Below are positions 1 to 7,173 of a DNA stretch of 20,447 bases, in pieces. Position 1 is the stretch's first letter; each line of letters opens with the position of its first letter. The translations under genes were made by a program, and so were the position numbers. Origin of the DNA: Gemmatimonadota bacterium (GTDB lineage: Bacteria > Latescibacterota > UBA2968 > UBA8231); assembly GCA_038128265.1 (NCBI GenBank), contig JAYPJE010000066.1:1-20447 (forward strand), read 5' to 3'. Below the pieces are notes generated by a model. That model was not told the origin of the DNA and searched no databases. It worked only from the letters and a program-made list of their open reading frames with translations.

Positions 1-918
1 CAGCGACATCCCCATCACCAGAAACTTGGACATGGTCGTCACCATATCCAACATGCCCATATTCATGCACAGCACGTGCAAATCCGTCGAGATCGAGTCG
101 GGGTAGAAGCCCTGAGCAATGGCCGGCACGGCGTTGCGAAAGCAAAACGAGCCGCCGCCGTGCCCCACGTCGAGTATAATGCCGCGCGCACGCGCTTCGT
201 GTAGGTAGGGCAGCACCTTGCCATCCGCGTCGAACCACGGCGTGGGACCGCGAAACACGTGTGTGCTAATATCGCCGGGACGCAGCTTTTCTCCTAGCAG
301 CTGGTAGTAGGGCCGCTCGCGTTTAAAAAAGCCAAAGTCGATCATAACGCGCGTGTCGGCTGCAACGGCCGCCTCTAAGCAGCGATCAACCGAAATCCAC
401 TCGGGCCCGTAGTAGTGGGCCGTCTTAATGCCGACGACCACGTCTTCATGCGCGCGCGCGCAGGCAGCCGTTCGCTCGACATCCATGTCATAGGGGTTTT
501 GCTCGTGATCGGTGTCCGTCATGCCGACGCCGCAGATGTTGACCAGCGCAAAGAGGCGCGTCTGCACGCGGTCAATTACGCGGTAGCGGAAATCCTCAAA
601 GTTGCGCCAGCCGGCGCTGCCCGTATCGACCATTGTCGTCACGCCGGTGCGAAAGGAAAAGCCGTCTGGCAAGATGCTGTTGTCGCCAGCCCAGGCATCG
701 CGATGGCCGGGCGTGGCGTAGGCGTGCATGTGAATGTCGACCAGTCCCGGCACCACGTAGAGTCCGCTCACATCGATGCATTGCCCTGCGTCTTCGGTGG
801 GCAGATCCGCCGCCACGGCGGCCACATTACCGTCGCTCAGCGCGACGTCGAGCAGCGCGTCTATGCCGTTTTTCGGGTCGATCACGTGCCCACCCTTCAA
901 AACGATGTCAAATGCCAT
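1..918 (-). CDS. Amidohydrolase/deacetylase-family metallohydrolase (dihydroorotase-like), 3' end runs off the window
   Basis: Not in the ORF track because it has no stop inside the window. Manual translation from ATG at 918 (RBS AGGAGGGAG upstream) gives MAFDIVLKGGHVIDPKNGIDALLDVA...PGLVDIHMH...GVTTMVDTGSAG...GIKTAH...STHVF...DVGHGGGSF...STDLH. This shows the amidohydrolase N-terminus, HxH, Lys, His and Asp metal ligands. Confidence 0.9.
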   Translation of the reverse strand, partial: MAFDIVLKGGHVIDPKNGIDALLDVALSDGNVAAVAADLPTEDAGQCIDVSGLYVVPGLVDIHMHAYATPGHRDAWAGDNSILPDGFSFRTGVTTMVDTGSAGWRNFEDFRYRVIDRVQTRLFALVNICGVGMTDTDHEQNPYDMDVERTAACARAHEDVVVGIKTAHYYGPEWISVDRCLEAAVAADTRVMIDFGFFKRERPYYQLLGEKLRPGDISTHVFRGPTPWFDADGKVLPYLHEARARGIILDVGHGGGSFCFRNAVPAIAQGFYPDSISTDLHVLCMNMGMLDMVTTMSKFLVMGMSL

Positions 919-951
919 AACTCCCTCCTAGCCTCTTCGCGAGTAGCTATT

Positions 952-1242
952 TCACGCATCTATTTTCAGCGCACGCCGCAGCGAGCCCTCTTTTTCCAAG
1001 GCCTGCAGCGTCTCTTCGTCGCCCAAATGCACGCCGTCGACAAAGATCTGGGGCACGGTTCGGCAGCCGCCGGAACGCGCAACCATCTCGCGGTAGGCGC
1101 GCGTCGGCAGCTTCCAGCCCAGTACCATCGGCACGCCTTTGATCTGGTAGGAAACGCCCAGCTCGTCGAGTATTCTGCGCGCCTGCCAGCAGTATATGCA
1201 GAGGCGACTGAGGTATATTTCCACGCGTGCCACCGGCGACAT
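952..1242 (-). CDS. Glutaredoxin (GrxC/Grx3-like)
   Basis: 96 aa with a CxxC motif (CIYC), the TVPQIF cis-Pro motif and the C-terminal L.ALEKEG.L typical of Grx3. Packed between the flanking minus-strand genes. The start could be a GTG 3 codons later. Confidence 0.85.
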   Translation of the reverse strand: MSPVARVEIYLSRLCIYCWQARRILDELGVSYQIKGVPMVLGWKLPTRAYREMVARSGGCRTVPQIFVDGVHLGDEETLQALEKEGSLRRALKIDA

Positions 1243-1247
1243 GCGCG

Positions 1248-2834
1248 CTAGCTGGCCACGTCACCCTGGGTCCACGCCCCGTCAATCTGTCGCCAGATAG
1301 CCGACGGATTCTGGTCGCGCAGCTCGGGCGGCAGGCGGTGTTCGCGCACGTTGTCATAGCTTTCCAGCATGGCAAAGCGCACGATGGAAGCGGGCATACC
1401 CACGGCCGTAAAGCCGGGGTGTCCCGTCGAGGGGTAGGGACCGCCGTGGTTCATCGAGGGCACGACCGCTACGCCCGTCGGCATCTTGTCGTTGAGCAAT
1501 CGACCGACTTTTTTGCGCAGTATAGCCGCGACGCGCACGTAGAGCGATTCGTCGGCGCCCTCGCTATCGCTGTAGATGCAGCCGGTCAAATTGCCCTCAA
1601 AATGGCGCGCGATTTCCACGGCCTGGTCGTCGTCTTTGGCAATAACCAGCAGGCTCTCGTTGCCGAAGGCTTCCGTCTGCAGCGCTTCCGGATCGGCCAC
1701 AAAGGCATCACCGGACACCTTCAGCAGCGTGTTATTGAAGCTATAGCCGTTGCCGCCGCCGGGCTGTCCGCCGATGACGACCTCGGCACCGGCCTTCTGC
1801 AGCGTCGCAACGCTCTCAATCATATTGCGCTCGACGCTGCCCGTCAGCAGCGTGCCCACCGGCGCGCCGCCAAACTTCTCGCGGGCCTGTGCGACAAAGG
1901 CATCCGCTTCCGGACCATCGACCAGCACGACAATACCCGGATTGGTGCAGAACTGACCGGTGCCCATCAGGCACGAGGTGAGAAATTCATCGACGATGGC
2001 CTCGCCGCGCTCCTTGAGTGCACCCGGCAGCACGTAGACGGGATTAACGCTGCTCAGCTCCATATAGACCGGCTTGCCCGCCTTGTCGGCCGCTTCTTTA
2101 AGCACTAATCCGGCGCCGCGCGACCCCGTGTAGCCCGTCGCGGCTATCTTGGGATGCGAGACTAAGCGCTTACCCACGTCGTGGTTCGTTCGGTAGATCA
2201 GCTGCACGGTAGCATCGGGCATACCGGTATCTCTGGCTGCAGCCAGCGCCTCTTCTGCTAGTAGGCGCGTCGTGCCCGGATGCGAAGAATTGCCCTTGCC
2301 AACCACGGGGTTGCCCGCGGCAATGGCCGCGGCAAAGTCGCCGCCGGCCACGCTGTTAAACGCCAGCGGAAAGTTGTTGGGACCAAATACGGCTACGCCG
2401 CCACCCAGCGCGCCAAACTTGGAGCGGATGCCGCTGGCCGTGTCGATGACCGGCTGCGTCCACGAGCGCTCGCGCACGGCCTTGGCCGCCTGGCGCAGCT
2501 GCGACGTAGTGCGCGGCAGCTCGACGTCCTTGAGGCGGGGCGAAACGGGCAAACCGGATTCGGTAAAAGCCATCTGGCAAATTTCGTCACCGCGTGCCTC
2601 CATGCGCTCGGCAAAGCGCTCGAGGAACTGCGCGACGATCTCGTCGCCGATCTCGGCAATCTGTTCGGCCGCGGCGGCGGCCGCCTCAATAGCCGCTTCG
2701 ACGTCGTTGACGGTGCTGACAGGATAGACTTCACCCGTCTTCTCTTTGGTCGTAGGATTGTCTGGTTCAAACGTGCCTTCTGCGTCGGCGGCACGCCACG
2801 TTCCAGCGATGAGTACGGGTTGCACTTCAGCCAT
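1248..2834 (-). CDS. NADP-dependent aldehyde dehydrogenase, alpha-ketoglutaric semialdehyde dehydrogenase type
   Basis: ELPRTTSQLR, FGPNNFPLAF, GGDFAAAIAAGNP, YTGS..G, ELSSVNP (catalytic Glu), GQFCTNPG (catalytic Cys), EAFG and PTGVAV..SMNHGGPYP motifs of the KGSADH subfamily. RBS AAGGA before the ATG. Confidence 0.92.
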   Translation of the reverse strand: MAEVQPVLIAGTWRAADAEGTFEPDNPTTKEKTGEVYPVSTVNDVEAAIEAAAAAAEQIAEIGDEIVAQFLERFAERMEARGDEICQMAFTESGLPVSPRLKDVELPRTTSQLRQAAKAVRERSWTQPVIDTASGIRSKFGALGGGVAVFGPNNFPLAFNSVAGGDFAAAIAAGNPVVGKGNSSHPGTTRLLAEEALAAARDTGMPDATVQLIYRTNHDVGKRLVSHPKIAATGYTGSRGAGLVLKEAADKAGKPVYMELSSVNPVYVLPGALKERGEAIVDEFLTSCLMGTGQFCTNPGIVVLVDGPEADAFVAQAREKFGGAPVGTLLTGSVERNMIESVATLQKAGAEVVIGGQPGGGNGYSFNNTLLKVSGDAFVADPEALQTEAFGNESLLVIAKDDDQAVEIARHFEGNLTGCIYSDSEGADESLYVRVAAILRKKVGRLLNDKMPTGVAVVPSMNHGGPYPSTGHPGFTAVGMPASIVRFAMLESYDNVREHRLPPELRDQNPSAIWRQIDGAWTQGDVAS

Positions 2835-2943
2835 GTGTAGATCCTTTGCTACGCGGTTTCAAAAAAGCTTTTCGCCTTGTGGTTATAAGCTGTTAAGTAT
2901 AGTAAAGAGCGAGAACGGTGGCTACTTCGCATCCCCATAATAG

Positions 2944-2976
2944 AAAAGTCCCCGCCGACCGGAATCGGCGGGGACT
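2944..2976 (-). terminator. Rho-independent terminator downstream of the PhyH gene
   Basis: Perfect 12-bp inverted repeat AGTCCCCGCCGA-N6-TCGGCGGGGACT with a T-run on the minus strand, 20 nt after the stop at 2997. Confidence 0.85.
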
Positions 2977-2996
2977 GCGTGCTGCAAACAGTCTGC

Positions 2997-3794
2997 TCAG
3001 GCGGGACCGGCGTTGCTAAAAACGCCCTGCCCCTCGGCGGGCGTCCGATAGCCCGCCACCATCATGCCCGGGCGGCCCCGGCTCTGGCCGCCGGTCTGTA
3101 CGTTGTCCGGAGCGCGATAGCCCACGCGCACCAGGCGCCGCTCTCTGGTGGTCTGATTGATATGCGATCCATGCACTGTGTGGATGCAGAAGCACACCAC
3201 GTCGCCGCGCTTAGCCGGCACGGCTACGGTATCTGCCAGCATATACGCGTCGGTGGGAAGATGCGGTGTGCACGGCCCTTCCTCCGTCTGGGTAATGTGC
3301 TCGAGCGCTCCCTGCTTGTGGCTGCCGTCGAGAAAGCGAATTTCACCGTTCTCGTGGCAGGTGTCGTCGAGGTGAACCAATACGTCGACATAGCGCCCAT
3401 CGACGTGCTGGTAAAACGCCCAATCCTGGTGCATTGGAAAGGGATGGCCAGCCTCCGGCGGCTTGATGTGCATAGTCGAGTGGTGCAGCTCTACGTCCGG
3501 TCCAATAAGCTGGCTGACAGAAGCTGTAAGGCGTGGGTTGGTCACGGCGCGACACCATGCGTTTGAGTAAAAGTAGAGATCGTGCATCGCCGTCAGCTTA
3601 GAGGCCTTTTCCGTCTCTTCGTCCATGTACTGCTTGCGCCACGGACCCGTCCACCCTTTGTCGGTGGTCGACCAGTCCACCACCAGGCGATCTAGCTCTC
3701 GCTCTAGCTCGTCGGTTTCTTCCTGGGTGAACCCTTCGGGTATGTGCCAATAACCGTGTTCGTGATAAAATCGTACCTGATCGTCGCTAAGCAT
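2997..3794 (-). CDS. Phytanoyl-CoA dioxygenase (PhyH) family Fe(II)/2-oxoglutarate dioxygenase
   Basis: N-terminal LSDDQVRFYHEHGY, HQD facial-triad motif, HLDD...NG.IRF..GSH, distal His in VHGS..N and Arg in RERR. RBS GAAGGA. Confidence 0.92.
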   Translation of the reverse strand: MLSDDQVRFYHEHGYWHIPEGFTQEETDELERELDRLVVDWSTTDKGWTGPWRKQYMDEETEKASKLTAMHDLYFYSNAWCRAVTNPRLTASVSQLIGPDVELHHSTMHIKPPEAGHPFPMHQDWAFYQHVDGRYVDVLVHLDDTCHENGEIRFLDGSHKQGALEHITQTEEGPCTPHLPTDAYMLADTVAVPAKRGDVVCFCIHTVHGSHINQTTRERRLVRVGYRAPDNVQTGGQSRGRPGMMVAGYRTPAEGQGVFSNAGPA

Positions 3795-3898
3795 GTGTAT
3801 TCCTTCTTTCTAATGGCCTACGCAAGGCATATCGCATTTACTTAAGTTAAACAGAGCGGTGTCCATTCTCAACCGAGCAGCGCTCTTTTCAAACACCC

Positions 3899-5263
3899 AT
3901 GCCGACGCATTCAATCCGCTCGCTACAGCAGCGCCTCTTTGCCCCTATCGACGCGGCCTCGCTGGTCTGCTTCCGCATTGCCTTTGGTCTGGTTATGGCC
4001 TGGGACATGTACGGCTTCCTGAGCCATGGCAAAGTCGACTTCCACTTTGTAGAACCCGTTTTTTACTTCAAGTACCTCGGGTTTTCCTGGGTCGAACCGT
4101 GGCCGCAGCCGTGGATATACCTGCATTTTTACGCGCTTGGCGTGCTGGCCATCTGCATTGCCATCGGGCTGCTGTACCGGCTTGCCGCAGCGCTTTTCGC
4201 GCTAGGCTACACCTACATGTTTTTGCTCGATCAGGCGCAGTATCAAAACCACTACTACCTGATCTGTCTCGTGAGCATTCTGCTCGTGTGGATTCCGGCC
4301 CACCGCTCGTTCTCGCTCGACGCGCGTCTCTTCCCGACCGTGCGCTCGCCGTGCGTTCCCAGCTGGTCGCTGTGGATACTGCGCGCCCAAATCGGTCTGG
4401 TCTATTTCTACGGCGCCGTCGCCAAGCTCAACGTCGACTGGCTGCGGGGCTGGCCGATGCGCCAGTGGCTGCCGGACAGCCTCTACCTGCCGCCCTTTTC
4501 CGGCTTCCTCAACAGCGCGGTGGCGGCTTATGCCTTTAGCTACGCCGGGCTGCTAATCGACCTATGTGCCGTTCCGCTGCTGCTGTGGCAGCGAACACGC
4601 GCGGGCATGCTGGCAATCCTGCTGGCGTTTCACCTCGTCAACAGCCAGATTTTTTCCATTGGCTCCTTCCCTTACTTGGGCACGGCTCTGAGCCTGCTCT
4701 TCCTATCGCCCTCTTGGCCGCGTGCGCTGCTGCGCTGGCCGGTGCCACTGGCCCAACCGGCGCGGGAGATGACCGCGCCGCGTCCCCATCCACTTGTCAT
4801 CGCCCTGTTCATGCTCTACCTCGGGCTGCAGGTGCTGCTGCCGCTGCGCCACTGGCTCTACCCGGGCAATCCCAGTTGGAGCGAAGAAGGTCATCGCTTC
4901 GCTTGGCACATGAAGCTGCGCGATAAAATCTGTCACTCGTCTTTTCTGCTAGAAGAATCGGCCACCGGCCAGCGCTGGCGCGTTCACCCGCGCAAGTACC
5001 TGACCGAGCGCCAGAGCGAAAAAATGGGTGGGCGACCGCATATGCTCGTGCAGTTTGCGCGCTTTCTCTCCGAGGTAGAACGACGGCCAAACGACGCGTC
5101 GATAGCCGTATACGCGCACGTCGACTGCTCGCTCAACGGCCGCCCCCCTTTCCCGCTGGTTGACCCCACCCGCGATCTGGCCCAGGCCGACTACGGCTTG
5201 GGTAGCGCCGAGTGGATTTTGCCGCTACCGACCTCGCGCGCCGGAACGCACTACGCTCCCTAA
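3899..5263 (+). CDS. HTTM-domain membrane protein, vitamin K-dependent gamma-carboxylase-like
   Basis: IDAASLVCFRIAFG, FYFKYLGFSWV.P, YQNHYYL, SLD, LRAQIGLVYFYGAVAKLNVDWLRG (Lys equivalent to the GGCX KKLDADW catalytic Lys), FHLVN...FSIGSFP, EEGHRFAWHMKLRDK, SLNGRP...VDP..DL. Multiple hydrophobic TM segments. Confidence 0.9.
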   Translation: MPTHSIRSLQQRLFAPIDAASLVCFRIAFGLVMAWDMYGFLSHGKVDFHFVEPVFYFKYLGFSWVEPWPQPWIYLHFYALGVLAICIAIGLLYRLAAALFALGYTYMFLLDQAQYQNHYYLICLVSILLVWIPAHRSFSLDARLFPTVRSPCVPSWSLWILRAQIGLVYFYGAVAKLNVDWLRGWPMRQWLPDSLYLPPFSGFLNSAVAAYAFSYAGLLIDLCAVPLLLWQRTRAGMLAILLAFHLVNSQIFSIGSFPYLGTALSLLFLSPSWPRALLRWPVPLAQPAREMTAPRPHPLVIALFMLYLGLQVLLPLRHWLYPGNPSWSEEGHRFAWHMKLRDKICHSSFLLEESATGQRWRVHPRKYLTERQSEKMGGRPHMLVQFARFLSEVERRPNDASIAVYAHVDCSLNGRPPFPLVDPTRDLAQADYGLGSAEWILPLPTSRAGTHYAP

Positions 5264-5276
5264 GCGGCGCAGCCTC

Positions 5277-6848
5277 TCAGTATGTCTCGAGCGGGGGCAG
5301 CGCCTCGGGCTGCCAGCCGCTTTTGCCCATCTCTCTGTAATCGGGCCGGTAGATCGCCTGGCCGCGCAGCGCGCTATCGGCGCGCAGTGCGGGTCGATTG
5401 ACGCCGTCTTCGGGCCAGCGCAGAATCAGCAGTGGCTTGCGCGCGTGCGGCGCATTCTGAATGGGTCGGAACGGTTCGTAAACAAAGAACAGCGAAAAGT
5501 GCGTCATGCGCTGCGCGGGAGCGCGCCGGTGCCGATCGACCCACGCTATATAGCGGACATAGCTGTCCTGCGGATGGCCATCGGCCCGTGGCTCGACAAA
5601 CCAGTATACGCTACCCAAGCCGCGAAAGGGCTGTCTGCTGCGCAGCGGCACGCCGAAGTGCGGTTTTGCGCCGGTTATAGGATCGACCTCTTCCCCAGCA
5701 GCCGTATAGCCGACGCAAACCCACCAGCCTCCATAGCGCGGCGGAGTAGGCGCATACATCTGCCAATGCGTTTCCAATTCGAATATCTGACGAAGCTCGG
5801 CAACGGCCTCCGCACCCCGATAGGGCCAGTATTCGCCGTCCAAGCGCGTCAGCCGCCGCCCCTCTACATTGAGCAAAACAATTGCAGCGAGCAGTGCCCA
5901 CAGCAGTGCGCGATGCAGAAGCGGACGTGGCAACGGCGACGCCCTGTGCACGCCGACGCCCAAGCGCTCCCACGCGCGACCGGGCACTAGGGCGACCTGT
6001 AGAGCGAGCATAGTGGCGGGAAAGCTTTCCAGCGCCAGCATCAAGCCGAGACCCACCTGCAGCAGGGTCAACAGCACCCAACCAACAAAGCGCGTGCGCG
6101 GCAGCAGGAGGGCCAACCCACCTGCCAGTTCAGTGAACCACACGGCATAGGTCGCCGCCTGCAGCAGGGTCAGCGGCGCGTGTTCGACCACCCACAGCCC
6201 GACCGATCCCGACAGCGCAACGTCCCTGAGGGCATAGTAGACAGCCGTCCCTTCGGGAATCCACGCTGCCCCATCTTTTTCCCACACGGTAGACAGGTAT
6301 ATAAAGCCGGTGTTGATGACCAGGCCCAAGCCACCAAAGCGCGCAATCAAATCTGCGCCTTCAGCACCGCGACCAACGCGCCTGTCTAGCGACCAGCAGG
6401 CGCTCGTCTCGACAAATAGCGCGCAAAACAGCGCGTGAAACAGCACGTCGTCGTGGTAGTCTATAACCCCGGCCCACTGGCGATGCGCCGTCAGCGCAAG
6501 CCAAGCGCCCAGCGCGCACAGGCGCGCGTGCCATCCCAGCAACAGACCTAGGGCCAGCAGTGCGTAGACCCCCAAAGCCGCATAGAGAAAGGCGCTATCA
6601 TCCAAACCGACCGCGCGCGCCGCAGCCAACCCATCGAAATAGCCCATCATGGCCGGCCACGTGTCGATCACAGACCACGCCAGGCTTATGTCGTATAGGA
6701 GCACTGCGGCAATGCCCATGCGGAAGCACGCCAGCGAACGCACATCGAGCACTGCACTGTGCGCCAGCCCATTCGACACGCTGCGCAGCGCTGAGCGCAC
6801 GCCACTCGCTAACCACACGGTCTGTGAAATTCTTGTGTTATTACGCAC
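5277..6848 (-). CDS. Second HTTM-domain membrane protein (SdpB-like N-terminal region, C-terminal WxMYAPxP domain)
   Basis: DVRSLACFRMGIA, LLLGWHAR, WSLD, IYLSTVWEK.GAAW..EGTAVYYAL, HWQMYAPTP and many TM segments. The GTG start at 6848 is uncertain and could be up to about 20 codons downstream. Confidence 0.82.
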   Translation of the reverse strand: MRNNTRISQTVWLASGVRSALRSVSNGLAHSAVLDVRSLACFRMGIAAVLLYDISLAWSVIDTWPAMMGYFDGLAAARAVGLDDSAFLYAALGVYALLALGLLLGWHARLCALGAWLALTAHRQWAGVIDYHDDVLFHALFCALFVETSACWSLDRRVGRGAEGADLIARFGGLGLVINTGFIYLSTVWEKDGAAWIPEGTAVYYALRDVALSGSVGLWVVEHAPLTLLQAATYAVWFTELAGGLALLLPRTRFVGWVLLTLLQVGLGLMLALESFPATMLALQVALVPGRAWERLGVGVHRASPLPRPLLHRALLWALLAAIVLLNVEGRRLTRLDGEYWPYRGAEAVAELRQIFELETHWQMYAPTPPRYGGWWVCVGYTAAGEEVDPITGAKPHFGVPLRSRQPFRGLGSVYWFVEPRADGHPQDSYVRYIAWVDRHRRAPAQRMTHFSLFFVYEPFRPIQNAPHARKPLLILRWPEDGVNRPALRADSALRGQAIYRPDYREMGKSGWQPEALPPLETY

Positions 6849-6867
6849 CTTGGGACTATTTTATACG

Positions 6868-6873
6868 TATAAT
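6868..6873 (+). promoter_or_regulatory. Putative sigma70 -10 box for the small peptide gene
   Basis: Perfect TATAAT in an AT-rich divergent intergenic region, 19 nt upstream of ATG 6893. No convincing -35 element. Confidence 0.4.
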
Positions 6874-6892
6874 TCCAGCGGAAAAAGGCATC

Positions 6893-7114
6893 ATGGAAGA
6901 CAAAAACGACAGCACCTCGGAGGAAGCCGCCCAGAGCCGGCGCGCCTTTATCAAGAAGATGACCTATGTGGCACCTGCCATGGTCACGTACAAAGTGGGC
7001 GAAAGCTGGGGCGATGACGACGATGGGGGGGGAGGCAACGCCAACAAAAATCAGAAGGGCGTGTCGCCCAATCCCGGCCTAAAGAAGAAGTACCGCGTCG
7101 AGGACGATGATTGA
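6893..7114 (+). CDS. 73-aa Asp/Glu-rich peptide with twin-arginine-like leader; candidate RiPP-like precursor
   Basis: C-terminal part of track ORF 6560..7114. The more plausible start is ATG 6893 with AAAGG RBS, which removes the overlap with the HTTM gene. Sequence MEDKNDSTSEEAAQSRRAFIKKMTYVAPAMVTYKVGESWGDDDDGGGGNANKNQKGVSPNPGLKKKYRVEDDD. It has a TATAAT upstream and a terminator downstream. Confidence 0.75.
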   Translation: MEDKNDSTSEEAAQSRRAFIKKMTYVAPAMVTYKVGESWGDDDDGGGGNANKNQKGVSPNPGLKKKYRVEDDD

Positions 7115-7120
7115 GCCACG

Positions 7121-7161
7121 GAAAAAAGCCGAGCCATTCGGATGGCGCTCCGGCCTTTTTT
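7121..7161. terminator. Probable bidirectional intrinsic terminator between the peptide gene and cheB
   Basis: A6-GCCG-A-GCCAT-TCGG-ATGGC-GCTC-CGGC-C-T6: an imperfect hairpin flanked by A and T runs between convergent stops. Confidence 0.7.
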
Positions 7162-7173
7162 GTTCTACCCGAC

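Noticed and set aside
415..2840. Long plus-strand ORFs (415..1251, 1227..2108, 2280..2840)
   Set aside because: Antisense shadows of well-supported minus-strand genes in GC-rich DNA, with no recognisable motifs.
6560..6892. N-terminal extension of ORF 6560..7114
   Set aside because: Overlaps the HTTM gene on the opposite strand. ATG 6893 has an RBS and an upstream TATAAT.
7025..7032. G8 tract in the peptide gene as a phase-variation site (also T8 at 16835-16842)
   Set aside because: The tracts are short, in frame and explained by Gly or Phe codons. There is no evidence of variation from a single sequence.
6893..7114. Lasso peptide precursor or eukaryotic Gla-propeptide interpretation
   Set aside because: YxxP is present, but there is no lasso cyclase, peptidase or RRE gene in the window and no well-placed Thr(-2). 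The F(-16)/A(-10) propeptide spacing does not fit.
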